64,000 nt of DNA from Candidatus Neomicrothrix sp. UBA6944 (GCA_002448715.1 DJZU01000095.1:22179-86178); one strand, 5' to 3'; positions 17,589 through 27,586 are shown, counted from the stretch's first letter. Made by a program: numbers and translations. Notes: generated by a model from the sequence alone, not told the origin.

Positions 17589-18779
17589 ATGTCGGGAGCC
17601 TTAGACGGTATACGGGTTTTAGATTTGTCAACTTTGGTGCAGGGGCCCCAAGCCGCCGCCATGTTGCATGATCTCGGCGCCGAAGTATTGAAGATAGAAC
17701 TACCAGAGATCGGTGATATGGGCCGCCATGTGGGTGTTATCGCCGATCTCGGTACATCCGTCTTTTGGGAAGCCTGTAACCGCGGAAAGCGATCAGTAAC
17801 TCTGGATCTGCGGACCGATGCTGGGCGAGAAGCATTCCTGAAGCTGGCGGAGTCGTCCGATGTTGTGCTGTCAAATTTCCAACCTGGCACCCTTGATGGC
17901 TGGGGCCTTGGGTACGAAGACCTCGCGGCAGTTAATCCTCGGATTATTTGGGCAGCGGGAAGCTTCCTCGGGCCTACGGGACCAGATGCTCTTCGAGAAG
18001 GAGCCGACATAGTCGGAGAGGCCGCTGGCGGCGTGATAGCAGGTATCGGCAATGACGGGGAGCCCGCAACGACTGTGGCATCGCTCCTTGCGGACCACTG
18101 TGGATCGCAGAACTTACAAACCGGCATTATCGCTGCTCTATACGCCCGGGAACGAACGGGTAGAGGCCAACGGGTGGATGTAAGTCTCCTTGGCGGTCAA
18201 ATTTGGATGCAGGCGCCCGAATACACGCACTATTTCCTCACCGGTGAGTTGGCCGGCCGATCCAATGGCGGCCACCCGCTTGTGCATGCTCTTTACGGGG
18301 TGTTTCCGACCGCGGATGGTGCCCTTGCAATGGCGGGATGCCCTGAGCATTTATGGGAAGGTATGTGCAGGGCGATCGAACGGCCAGACTGGGTGGAGCA
18401 CCCCACTTACAACTCTTATTTCGTGACCAAAGACATCGCAAGAGAAATGCGGAAGGATTTTATTGAAATCTTCAGCCAAAGGACCACCAACGAATGGGTG
18501 GAACGCCTGACTGCCGAGGCGCAGCGGTTTTCACCAGTGCGTTCCCACGACCAAGTTGCAGCCGATCCCCAATCGTTCGCTAACGGCTACATCGTGGAGG
18601 TTGATCATCCGCAATTCGGAAGCGTCAATTTGGTCGGTTGCCCGATTCAAATGTCCGACACTCCGACCCGATACGGCATCGAAGCGCCTCAATTAGGACA
18701 AGACACGGAAATGGTGTTAGTCGAGGCTGGCTACGACTGGGATGAACTGGAGTCACTCAGAGAACGAGGTGCTTGGTAG
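17589..18779 (+). CDS. Family III CoA-transferase (CaiB/BaiF/Frc type)
   Basis: GIRVLDLSTLVQGPQAA N-terminus. 396 aa. Confidence 0.85.
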   Translation: MSGALDGIRVLDLSTLVQGPQAAAMLHDLGAEVLKIELPEIGDMGRHVGVIADLGTSVFWEACNRGKRSVTLDLRTDAGREAFLKLAESSDVVLSNFQPGTLDGWGLGYEDLAAVNPRIIWAAGSFLGPTGPDALREGADIVGEAAGGVIAGIGNDGEPATTVASLLADHCGSQNLQTGIIAALYARERTGRGQRVDVSLLGGQIWMQAPEYTHYFLTGELAGRSNGGHPLVHALYGVFPTADGALAMAGCPEHLWEGMCRAIERPDWVEHPTYNSYFVTKDIAREMRKDFIEIFSQRTTNEWVERLTAEAQRFSPVRSHDQVAADPQSFANGYIVEVDHPQFGSVNLVGCPIQMSDTPTRYGIEAPQLGQDTEMVLVEAGYDWDELESLRERGAW

Positions 18780-18793
18780 CACTTGGGTTCTGG

Positions 18794-19630
18794 CTAGCGA
18801 CAGGTGTTTTCCATTACACCGATTCCCTCAACGGTGGTTCGAATGACGTCTCCGGGCTTAAGAAAGCGTTTGTCTGGCATTCCCACACCGGCGGGAGTGC
18901 CCGTAAAAATGGTGTCACCGGGCTCCAACGTCATAATTTCCGAGAGATAGCTAACTAGGAACGGGACGTCGAAGATCAAACTGCTCGTCTGCGCGTCCTG
19001 CCGGCGATCGCCATTAATGTCGCACGTTATGTGAAGGTCATTCGGGTCCGCGAAGCTGTCCGGAGAGAGGAGCATTGGGCCAGTCGGCCCATAGCTATCT
19101 CGAGACTTTCCCAGCCCAAAGTGAGCTGGCCTGGCTGCCAATTGCAGTGCTCGATCAGAGATATCCTGCCCAACGGTCAAACCCGCAACGTATGACCACG
19201 CTTGGTCAGCTGTGATATCGCGCGTGGTTCGACCTATCACAACAACAAGCTCAGCTTCGTAGTCATTACTGTCACCGCGCAACAAGACATCGTCGAACGG
19301 GCCAGAGATACAAGATGGGTACTTGGTAAAGACAACCGGCACCGATGGAAGGTCCATCTTTGATTCTTCAGCGTGGTCCTTGTAGTTCAGCCCTACACCA
19401 AAGCTGTTCCGCGGCCTGGGTGCAGGTGCATCCACAGTGGCCTCGGAGATGACACCGTCACTTTCGTGCGATTCCAACGACGCGGCGATTGCGTGAAATT
19501 CATCATTCCTGCCTAGGGCCTCCATCGGATCAGCACTTATGGAACCCTCCGAAATTCGTTCAAGATCAAAATAGGCATCGTTTTCGACGAGACATGCTCG
19601 CCCGTCAACATTTGCAAAGCTAAATGGCAC
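18794..19630 (-). CDS. Fumarylacetoacetate hydrolase family protein
   Basis: The C-terminal region reads LEPGDTIFTGTPAGVG...LKPGD. 278 aa. Confidence 0.85.
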   Translation of the reverse strand: MPFSFANVDGRACLVENDAYFDLERISEGSISADPMEALGRNDEFHAIAASLESHESDGVISEATVDAPAPRPRNSFGVGLNYKDHAEESKMDLPSVPVVFTKYPSCISGPFDDVLLRGDSNDYEAELVVVIGRTTRDITADQAWSYVAGLTVGQDISDRALQLAARPAHFGLGKSRDSYGPTGPMLLSPDSFADPNDLHITCDINGDRRQDAQTSSLIFDVPFLVSYLSEIMTLEPGDTIFTGTPAGVGMPDKRFLKPGDVIRTTVEGIGVMENTCR

Positions 19631-19710
19631 GGCACAACCTTCTCTTGGGCTACACCTACATAACCTAGGCCCAATGGGCGCGGACCTGATGCCTTCCGCT
19701 TATGAATCAC

Positions 19711-21006
19711 CTAGACAAGCGTGGCATCGTGGACGACAAGCGCACCGTTGCAAATTGTGTGCCTGACACGTCCATGAACCTCTTTTTGGGGCCAAGGCGT
19801 GTTGGTGCTCTTACTTTGCAAGCCGTCCGCTTCAATCACCCACCGTTCCCTTGGATCAAACACAACGATATTTGCCGGTTTGCCAACGGATAGCGAAGTG
19901 CCATGCGTTGCGATTCCCGCTATAGCGGCAGGTGCGACCGAGAGAAGGGTGATAAATCGCTGCGGGGTCATAAGCCCCCGGGCGACGAACTCATCCCAGA
20001 CGACCGATGCCATTGTCTCGACACCCAACATCCCAGGAGGCGCTTCAGCTAAACCCACCGACTTACTCAAGGGCGAATGGGGTGCGTGGTCCGTCGCTAT
20101 CGCGTCGATCGTGCCATCGAACAAGGCTGTCCTCAGACCCCGTACATCATTGATAGTCCGCAGCGGTGGATTCATTTTGCCAGATGTACCCAACCTCTCT
20201 ACATCCTCCTCCGTGAGGATCAGGTGTTGTGGGGTTACCTCCGCTGTGACACGAAGGCCCGCTGTCTTTGCATCGCGGACCAAGCTGCTAGCGGATGCAG
20301 TCGATATATGAAGTACGTGGTACCGACCGCCGGTTTCTCTCGCGAGATCAATGTCGCGCTCAACGATCACCGTCTCAGCTTCAGGAGGTCGCCCTTTGAG
20401 CCCTAATCGCTCTGCCACCTCGCCTTCGTTAATGATGCCTCCCTCGACCATCTCGGAATGCTCTGCATGTTGGCTTATCACGACATCTGGGAACAAGGAA
20501 CTGGCCTCCAGGGCCCCCCTCATCAAATCGGCGCTGTCAACGACGGTGCCGTCGTCCGTGAAGACGCGCACGCCAGCTTCGTAGAGTGAAGCAAAATCGA
20601 CAAGACGCTCTCCGGCGCGGTCCACGGTAACTGCAGCAGACGTATAAACATCGCAAGGTGTTTGGCGACCGAGCGCAAGCACCTCTGCTACAAGGACCGG
20701 ATTGTCGATTGTAGGGACCGTGTTAGGCATCATGAGGCACGCAGTAACACCGCCCAAGGCCGCACCTGCTGCACCTGATGAGATATCTTCGCTCTCTTCG
20801 CCACCGGGAGTTCTGAAATGGACCTGGATGTCCACGAAACCAGGCATCACTAAGGCATCAGAGGCATCGACTTCTAAACCGCGGCCAGCGAAGGCCCCGT
20901 GCTCGTCAATGTCTGTGATTCTCCCATCGCTTATAAGCAGATCGGCAGGTCGCTCGCCCAAAAGATCCAACAACGAACCACCACTGACAACTAACTCTTC
21001 GGACAT
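19711..21006 (-). CDS. Dihydroorotase-type cyclic amidohydrolase
   Basis: PGFVDIQVHFRTPG...GGVTACLMMPNT and ATDHAPH motifs are present. It is not in a pyr operon context, so the substrate is uncertain. Confidence 0.7.
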   Translation of the reverse strand: MSEELVVSGGSLLDLLGERPADLLISDGRITDIDEHGAFAGRGLEVDASDALVMPGFVDIQVHFRTPGGEESEDISSGAAGAALGGVTACLMMPNTVPTIDNPVLVAEVLALGRQTPCDVYTSAAVTVDRAGERLVDFASLYEAGVRVFTDDGTVVDSADLMRGALEASSLFPDVVISQHAEHSEMVEGGIINEGEVAERLGLKGRPPEAETVIVERDIDLARETGGRYHVLHISTASASSLVRDAKTAGLRVTAEVTPQHLILTEEDVERLGTSGKMNPPLRTINDVRGLRTALFDGTIDAIATDHAPHSPLSKSVGLAEAPPGMLGVETMASVVWDEFVARGLMTPQRFITLLSVAPAAIAGIATHGTSLSVGKPANIVVFDPRERWVIEADGLQSKSTNTPWPQKEVHGRVRHTICNGALVVHDATLV

Positions 21007-21072
21007 GCTCTAACCATAAACGGAGAAACGCAGATTCGGACAGATCATCGACGACCGAGATAACCTTTACCC

Positions 21073-21960
21073 GTGGCACTAGCTTCTGCGAATCTCAATT
21101 TACCTACAGACAGTGACCTGAACCGCTACGAGCAGCGTGGGTACCTACATTTTGAAGGCTTTATTGATGATGAAACCCTATCGGGCCTCCAACAAGCGGC
21201 CGCCGAATTCATAGAACTTAGCCGAGGTCTTCAAACGTCGAACCGGATGCTTGATCTCGAACCGTCTCATACAGCTACGAATCCCAGGATTCGCCGCCTT
21301 AACTCACCGGTCGAGAACCATGAAGCCTTTCGCAAGTTTGCACTTGAGGGACCGGCAGCTGAATTGGCGTGTGCGGTGCTGGGCGGGCCAGTTCGCTACC
21401 ACCATTCCAAACTCAATTTCAAATGGTCTGACGGGGGCGAGGAAATTAAGTGGCATCAAGACATCCAGTTTTGGCCCCACACCGACTTCACTCCTTTAAC
21501 CATTGGTGTCTATTTGGCTGATGTAGACGACGTCATGGGCCCGATGGGAGTGCTCCCAGGCAGTCATAAGGGCCGACTCTATGACCAGTACCTTGAGTCT
21601 GGCGAATGGGGTGGGGCGATGAACCCCGACGACGTCGCAAAAATCAATTTTAGCGATATGGAGTGGCTTACAGGCCCCTCCGGATCGGTAACTGTCCATA
21701 ACTGCTGCATGATCCATGGTTCAGTTCCCAACAACTCACCAAATCCTCGGCCGCTTCTTCTTCAAACTTACTCAGCGGCCAACTCGTACCCAATTGCGCA
21801 TATCGGTGCAAATGGCGTCACGGGACAACTGAGCGGGACCGTAATTGGCGGCGCTTCAGATCAACGTGTCATTGTGGGCGGTCGGCAAATTGTCGGTGCA
21901 CCTGATTGGTCTCGCGCAGGTGCACCAACCATCTTCGGATCACAACAAGAAGAAGAGTGA
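21073..21960 (+). CDS. Phytanoyl-CoA dioxygenase (PhyH) family Fe(II)/2-oxoglutarate oxygenase
   Basis: KWHQDIQFWPH supplies the His-x-Asp motif and MIHGSVPN the distal His. 295 aa. Confidence 0.7.
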   Translation: MALASANLNLPTDSDLNRYEQRGYLHFEGFIDDETLSGLQQAAAEFIELSRGLQTSNRMLDLEPSHTATNPRIRRLNSPVENHEAFRKFALEGPAAELACAVLGGPVRYHHSKLNFKWSDGGEEIKWHQDIQFWPHTDFTPLTIGVYLADVDDVMGPMGVLPGSHKGRLYDQYLESGEWGGAMNPDDVAKINFSDMEWLTGPSGSVTVHNCCMIHGSVPNNSPNPRPLLLQTYSAANSYPIAHIGANGVTGQLSGTVIGGASDQRVIVGGRQIVGAPDWSRAGAPTIFGSQQEEE

Positions 21961-21967
21961 AACATCG

Positions 21968-23389
21968 ATGCCTCAACCAGATTTTTTTGAGGCTCTAGAC
22001 CGAGTCGTAGCCCGAGAAATAGCTAAGTGCCAAGGGCTTGTGGCCGTCGAGCGCCTGTCGGGGGGCGCGAGCATGGAGACCTACCGAGTGGTGGTCCGAA
22101 CGGACGCCGGAGATCTGCAACTTTGCATGAGGCGCGGTGCTGGCGGTGTTGATCGCGATAACACCAGTGCTGTTGGCCTCGCGGCAGAATCGTTGCTGAT
22201 GCGAACTGCACGCGCTCATGGGGTCGTTGAGCCTGAGGTCTATTACGACCTCAAGGAGGAAGACGGCGTTGGGGTGGGTTTCCTCATGGAGTGGCTTGAG
22301 GGGGAAACATTAGGCTCGCGTATCGTCCGCTCCCCCGAACTCGAAAAAGTACGTCCCTTCTTGGCGGAGCAATGTGGACGCGAATTGGCAAAAATTCATG
22401 CCATTGACCTGGATCAAACAGGCCTGAGAAATCGCCTACCGACCCTGTCTCCAGGTCAGTACTTAGAGCAAACCTGGGATCGTTACAAAGAATGGGACAC
22501 GGCACAGCCGATGATTGATTTCACTGGCGCGTGGCTGAGGGAGCATCTCCCCAAGCAACACGATGAAGCATTGGTGCATAACGACTTTCGTAACGGAAAC
22601 CTGATGATTGATGGAGACGAAGGACTCATTGCGGTTCTTGACTGGGAGACATCCCATATCGGCGACCCGATACGCGATCTGGGCTGGATTTGCACGAACT
22701 CTTGGCGTTTCGGTCAGCGCGATTTGGAAGTAGGCGGGTTTGGCGCTGTTGATGAACTGATATTCGGCTACGAGGACGAGAGCGGCAAGTCCATCGATCG
22801 TGACACCCTCAAGTTTTGGGAGGTATTCGGCAGCTTTTGGTGGGCCATCGGTTGCCTTGGTATGACTGACCAATACCGCAATGGACCCGATGCAACCGTT
22901 GAACGGCCAGGTATAGGGAGACGGTCTTCGGAGTGCCAAGTTGATTGCATTAACTTGCTCATTCCGGGACCTGTAGATCTGATCGCACCGGCCGCCCCGA
23001 GCCGCCCATCAGACATGCCGCGCGTTGACGAGCTGCTAGCCAGCGTTAGGGACTTTCTTCACGGTGACGTGATGTCGTCCACCACAGGCCGAACTAACTT
23101 TCTGGCTCGGGTTGCAGGCAACAGTCTCGACATCGTGGATCGCGAACTTGCTATTGGACCAGAGTTGCGTCGGCGAGAGGAAGACCGCTTGACTAAGTTG
23201 CTGCAGCGCTCGGGATGCCTTGACGATCTTCGCTGGTGGCTAGTTGAGGCTTTACGCGATGGATCGATGCCACTCGACAACGATGACCTTCAGCAATATT
23301 TGCGCGAGTCGGTGGTTAATCAGGTCTCGATCGACCAACCCAAATATTCGGGCTTCCGTTTCGCGGCAAAGACCGCCGAACAGCGCTAG
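21968..23389 (+). CDS. Aminoglycoside-phosphotransferase-like kinase (APH fold) with a ~125-aa C-terminal helical extension
   Basis: Catalytic loop HNDFRNGNLM and VLDWE are present. The start is taken at the ATG at 21968 (MPQPDFFEAL). The 21845 start in the track overlaps the PhyH gene in another frame. Confidence 0.8.
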   Translation: MPQPDFFEALDRVVAREIAKCQGLVAVERLSGGASMETYRVVVRTDAGDLQLCMRRGAGGVDRDNTSAVGLAAESLLMRTARAHGVVEPEVYYDLKEEDGVGVGFLMEWLEGETLGSRIVRSPELEKVRPFLAEQCGRELAKIHAIDLDQTGLRNRLPTLSPGQYLEQTWDRYKEWDTAQPMIDFTGAWLREHLPKQHDEALVHNDFRNGNLMIDGDEGLIAVLDWETSHIGDPIRDLGWICTNSWRFGQRDLEVGGFGAVDELIFGYEDESGKSIDRDTLKFWEVFGSFWWAIGCLGMTDQYRNGPDATVERPGIGRRSSECQVDCINLLIPGPVDLIAPAAPSRPSDMPRVDELLASVRDFLHGDVMSSTTGRTNFLARVAGNSLDIVDRELAIGPELRRREEDRLTKLLQRSGCLDDLRWWLVEALRDGSMPLDNDDLQQYLRESVVNQVSIDQPKYSGFRFAAKTAEQR

Positions 23390-23398
23390 CGTTTTGCC

Positions 23399-23860
23399 AT
23401 GACTGTTCACGACATGCACCTAGAGATCTCAACAAACATCAAGGCTTCGCCACACGACGTCTATTCGCTAGTCAGCGACTTAGCTCGAATGGGTGAGTGG
23501 AGCACGGAAAATATCGGTGGCGAATGGGTGAGTGGGAACCCCGGCCAGGTAGGTTCACGTTTTTTGGGGAACAACCGAATCAAAACTTTCGAGTGGTCAG
23601 TGCCCGTTGAGATTACGATAGCCAATCCTGGGGAGTGTTTTGAGTTCGTCGCCGCACCCGATGATGGGCCCTTTGTTCGCTGGACCTTTCGTATGGCCGA
23701 AGTACAGTCAGGTACCGAGCTAACCGAGATCTGGGACGTAATGGCGTTGCCGCCTTCGCTAGCAAAGTTCGACGCGGAAGGTCTAGCGGCCCGCAAGGTT
23801 GCAGTTCAAGGAACGATTGAAGCAACCCTCGAAGGAATAAGGGTAAGCGCAGAGCAATGA
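23399..23860 (+). CDS. SRPBCC (START/polyketide-cyclase-like) family protein
   Basis: 153 aa with the typical size and pattern (...WSTENIGGEW..., ...WTFRM...). Its stop overlaps the next gene (ATGA). Confidence 0.55.
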   Translation: MTVHDMHLEISTNIKASPHDVYSLVSDLARMGEWSTENIGGEWVSGNPGQVGSRFLGNNRIKTFEWSVPVEITIANPGECFEFVAAPDDGPFVRWTFRMAEVQSGTELTEIWDVMALPPSLAKFDAEGLAARKVAVQGTIEATLEGIRVSAEQ

Positions 23861-25116
23861 CCGGCAAAGGCGCTAGCGCGGTAGCCGAAGCCCAAGACTG
23901 GCTTCAAACTCACCCCCCGCAGGGCAACAGAAAGGCCTGGCTTGAATCGCTTGTAGATTCTGGCTGGGCAGCACCAAGCTGGCCCGCCGAATGGTACGGG
24001 AGGGGCTTATCAGCAGAAGATGCCCGGTCTACAGACGCCGTGTTTCGCGCCGCGGAATTCAACAACGAGTCCCCCGAGGAGAGCAGCTCAGCCGATTCCG
24101 TTTTGGGTCGGGGCCTCCAAGGATGGGGCCAAGACGTAGTGAACTTATGGGCCGCGACCATCGCGTCTCACGCGAGCGATGAACTCAAATCAGAGGTTCT
24201 CCGGGGGCTCATGCTCGGGGAGATATCGATGTGTCTCTTGTACAGCGAGCCTGGAGCAGGGTCCGACCTCGCAAGCGTAAGGACTAGTGCTGTACGCGAC
24301 GGTGATGAGTGGATTATCAACGGTCAGAAGGTCTGGACGTCGGGCGGGCGCCACGCGGACTACGCATTTCTCATAGCTCGAACAGACCTCGATCAACCCA
24401 AACATCGTGGCTTGTCGTTTTTTCTTATCCCCATGAAGCAGGAGGGCGTCGAAGTCCGCCCTCTTCGCCAGGCAACCGGCGACTCCCGATTCAATGAAGT
24501 ATTCCTTACTGATGCACGGGTATCAAAGGCAAATATGCTTGGCGAACTTAACGCGGGTTGGTGGGTTTTGACGTCGGCCTTGGCTTACGAACGATCCGCG
24601 ATGGGTGCAACCCAAGAGCGAACTTCCTCGCAAGCCCAGGACCAAAATCGATCGGCTGCGAGCGAGGCCCCTGCACCTGTACCCGACCTATCGTTACAAG
24701 CCCTTGCTCAAGAACGTGGCAAGAACACAGACCAGCGCCTTCGACAGAACCTCATGATCCTCCACTCGTGGCGAGTGCTCAATGAGTGGAACAACCGTCG
24801 CGCCAAGGCTGCGATAGAACAAGGAACGATGACGCCTGTCGTGTCCCTCGGGAAGCTGGCTATGTCACGGATGCTGCACTATGCCGGACGCCTTCAGGCT
24901 GAAATCCTCGGGCCGGAAGCCACTCTCGGTGCGTCAGCATCCCCTGCCGCTGGTGATGCTACGTATTCAATGTTGAACGCCTACTTCACATCCATAGGCG
25001 GGGGCACAGACCAGATACAACGCAATATCATTGGTGAAAGAATCCTGGGGCTCCCCAAGGAGCCCGAAGTCGATAAGGCTCTCTCATTTCGAGAGGTGAT
25101 TAACGGACAGCGCTAG
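23857..25116 (+). CDS. Acyl-CoA dehydrogenase family protein
   Basis: YSEPGAGSDLAS, INGQKVWTSGG and a C-terminal GGGTDQIQRNIIGERILGLPKE are present. Confidence 0.85.
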   Translation: MTGKGASAVAEAQDWLQTHPPQGNRKAWLESLVDSGWAAPSWPAEWYGRGLSAEDARSTDAVFRAAEFNNESPEESSSADSVLGRGLQGWGQDVVNLWAATIASHASDELKSEVLRGLMLGEISMCLLYSEPGAGSDLASVRTSAVRDGDEWIINGQKVWTSGGRHADYAFLIARTDLDQPKHRGLSFFLIPMKQEGVEVRPLRQATGDSRFNEVFLTDARVSKANMLGELNAGWWVLTSALAYERSAMGATQERTSSQAQDQNRSAASEAPAPVPDLSLQALAQERGKNTDQRLRQNLMILHSWRVLNEWNNRRAKAAIEQGTMTPVVSLGKLAMSRMLHYAGRLQAEILGPEATLGASASPAAGDATYSMLNAYFTSIGGGTDQIQRNIIGERILGLPKEPEVDKALSFREVINGQR

Positions 25117-25182
25117 GACCGGATTGGAGAACTTTTCTGATTCAACTCCCTGGCTTGCCTTGAGTCCGATACGGTTCGCTAC

Positions 25183-25998
25183 GTGCCCGACAAGTATTTC
25201 GAAATCGGCGATACAGCGATATTGGTGCATCACCGGGGAGTCACGACACTTCCCGGATGCCCTCCACTGCTAACCGACGGACAGGCCGTGCTGTTCCTCC
25301 ACGATGCCGGTGCCAATGGGAACTCGTTCAGCGTAGTGATGGACCACTTGGAAGGGTCCCATTCTCCCATAAGCCTAGACTTTCCGGGACACGGTCGAAG
25401 CGGCTCCCTTGACAGTCTGACCTCGATATCTGCCTTCGCCGAATACGCTGAAAGCCTCATACTCAGCTGGGACGCGGGCGCTTTGTTGGTCGTGGGTGAA
25501 GGGCTCGGCGCAGCGGTCGGTCTGGAACTTTCTCGGCGCTCGCACCTCGACATATCGGGCCTCATATGCGTTGGCGCGGTGGGGGTGGCGGTGAAACTGG
25601 GCGATGAAATCGCCGAACTCGAATCGATCACTGCGGGGAAGGCGCGTCGTAATTTCGATACCAGCGGCTACGGCCCAGAGCCAGATGAATCAGTTCTCAA
25701 AGAGGCATTCTCCCAGTGGGTAAAGACCGATCCACGCGCGACTCTTGGAGCCCGTAAAGCACAGCACAAGTGGAACGAAAGCATTGACCTCGAGGGAGTT
25801 TCTACGCCAACGGTTGTCGTGATCGGAGAACACGCTAGTAGCACGTCACGTGAAGCAAGCCTGCAGCTTGCCCAATCGCTTCCAAATGCGACCGTGGAAA
25901 CTCTTGCCGCTGCAGGCAATCATGGGCCCATAGAGCAACCGAAGGCGTTCGCTTCTTTAATTAACCGAACCGTGGAGGAGGTGGGGCACTCATCATGA
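25183..25998 (+). CDS. Alpha/beta-hydrolase-fold protein with a non-canonical nucleophile elbow
   Basis: FLHDAGANG and DFPGHGRSG are present, as is the C-terminal His region GNHGPIEQP. The elbow reads VVGEGLGAAVG, with Gly where Ser is expected. Confidence 0.7.
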   Translation: MPDKYFEIGDTAILVHHRGVTTLPGCPPLLTDGQAVLFLHDAGANGNSFSVVMDHLEGSHSPISLDFPGHGRSGSLDSLTSISAFAEYAESLILSWDAGALLVVGEGLGAAVGLELSRRSHLDISGLICVGAVGVAVKLGDEIAELESITAGKARRNFDTSGYGPEPDESVLKEAFSQWVKTDPRATLGARKAQHKWNESIDLEGVSTPTVVVIGEHASSTSREASLQLAQSLPNATVETLAAAGNHGPIEQPKAFASLINRTVEEVGHSS

Positions 25999-27167
25999 GC
26001 GAAATCCCATTTCCGGAAACGGCGGCGATCGCTGGCGTCTACGAACACCCCAGTCGCTTCTCACCCAACAAAACCGAGTTCCAGATCATGGCGGAATGCG
26101 CCAAGGGCGCCCTTGAGGACGCAGGTGTGACACGCTCGGAGGTCGACGGACTATTTGGCGCCTCTATGTCTATGGGTCTTATGGGAATTGTCGACTTGGC
26201 CGAATATCTTGATCTACGCCCAGACTATTTGGATGGCACCAATATTGGGGGCTCGTCCTTTGTCGCCCACGTAACCCATGCCGCAGCAGCAATTCACGCT
26301 GGCCTCTGCAATGTCGCCTTAGTTCTTTATGGCTCAACAGCTGCATCAAATGCAATGGCGATCGGCACAGGCGGGTCTGGCGGTTCGCGTAATCCCGACA
26401 CTGCATTCTCCAGTCCGTACGGCATGACGACTGTCGGCAGTTATGCCATGTACGCAAATCTGCATATGAGCACCTATGGAACAACTAGCGAACAACTTGC
26501 TGAAATTGCCATAACAATGAGGAGGCACGCTGGTCTGAATCCACACGCCAAAATGCGCTCCCCAATCACTGTCGACGATGTTTTGGGAAGTCGCATGATC
26601 TCCCGACCACTGCATCTGCTGGACTGTTGCATCATCAGCGACGGCGGCGGCGCTGTGGTTGTTACGTCTCTGGAACGGGCTAAAGATCTTCCAAAACCTC
26701 CGGTTCGTATTCTTGGGTGTGGCGAAGCGGCGCAACATCAAGGAGTGGGCCGGACCGACCTCCTGACCATCGCGGCCAAACAGTCCGGTGATACAGCGTT
26801 CAATATGGCAGGGGTTGAACGTTCCGACATCGACCTGGCAATGATCTACGACTCATTCACCATCACAGTTCTCGCCACCCTGGAAAACCTCGGGTTTTGT
26901 GAGCGGGGCGCGGGAGGGGACTTCGTCTCAGGGGGAGGAATCAGCCTTGACGGCGTACTCCCCGTGAACCCAGATGGTGGTGGCCTTTCCTCCAACCATC
27001 CTGGGATGCGCGGTATTTTCTTAGTTATTGAAGCTGTTAAACAACTCCGTCAAGAATGTGGCGATCGTCAGGTAAAAAGTCCGGAACTAGCGCTCGCTCA
27101 CGGTACAGGCGGCACTATTGGCGACAAGCACAGCGGTGCGACCTTGATCCTCGGAGTCGGTAAATGA
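25995..27167 (+). CDS. Thiolase-fold protein (SCP-x / lipid-transfer-protein type)
   Basis: 390 aa with NPDGGGLSSNHPGMRG near the C-terminus. It is paired with a DUF35 gene by a 4-nt overlap. Confidence 0.8.
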   Translation: MSEIPFPETAAIAGVYEHPSRFSPNKTEFQIMAECAKGALEDAGVTRSEVDGLFGASMSMGLMGIVDLAEYLDLRPDYLDGTNIGGSSFVAHVTHAAAAIHAGLCNVALVLYGSTAASNAMAIGTGGSGGSRNPDTAFSSPYGMTTVGSYAMYANLHMSTYGTTSEQLAEIAITMRRHAGLNPHAKMRSPITVDDVLGSRMISRPLHLLDCCIISDGGGAVVVTSLERAKDLPKPPVRILGCGEAAQHQGVGRTDLLTIAAKQSGDTAFNMAGVERSDIDLAMIYDSFTITVLATLENLGFCERGAGGDFVSGGGISLDGVLPVNPDGGGLSSNHPGMRGIFLVIEAVKQLRQECGDRQVKSPELALAHGTGGTIGDKHSGATLILGVGK

Positions 27168-27586
27168 ACGAGATAAAGCATCCACTGCCCTACGCGAGTT
27201 GGGAAACACGCGGCTATTGGGAGGGCGCTGGGCGCGGCGAACTTGTTCTTCAGCGGTGCCTGCAGTGTGGCCTTGTTCAACACCGACCCCGCGGCATCTG
27301 TGTGCACTGCCTAGAAAGCGGCGGTTTGGAGCACTTTGTTGCTAGCGGCAACGGCGAGGTATACACCTTCACCGTGACCGAACAAAACCAAGCTCGGGGT
27401 TTTGCGGAAGCATGCCCATACGTGATGGCCTACGTCACTCTTGACGAGGGGCCCCGAATTTTGACAGTAATTACAGACTGCGCAGCAGACGATGTCGCTG
27501 TCGGAATCAGAGTCAAAGCTCACTTCGTTGACCAAGAACGCGATGACGGCGAACCGTTCGCTGTACCGGTATTTCGTCTCGATTGA
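27164..27586 (+). CDS. Zn-ribbon/OB-fold protein (DUF35 family), thiolase partner
   Basis: A CxxC...CxxC ribbon (CLQCGLVQHRPRGICVHC) is followed by an OB-fold. 140 aa. Confidence 0.8.
   Translation: MNEIKHPLPYASWETRGYWEGAGRGELVLQRCLQCGLVQHRPRGICVHCLESGGLEHFVASGNGEVYTFTVTEQNQARGFAEACPYVMAYVTLDEGPRILTVITDCAADDVAVGIRVKAHFVDQERDDGEPFAVPVFRLD

Noticed and set aside
17558-18127. 189-aa antisense ORF, rich in Pro/Ser/Arg, overlapping the CoA-transferase gene
   Set aside because: This is a typical shadow ORF of GC-rich coding DNA with low-complexity composition. The opposite strand has a clear family III CoA-transferase.
21845-21967. Upstream extension of the APH-like kinase ORF overlapping the PhyH gene
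   Set aside because: It overlaps the 3' end of PhyH in another frame. The ATG at 21968, just after the PhyH stop, gives a sensible N-terminus.
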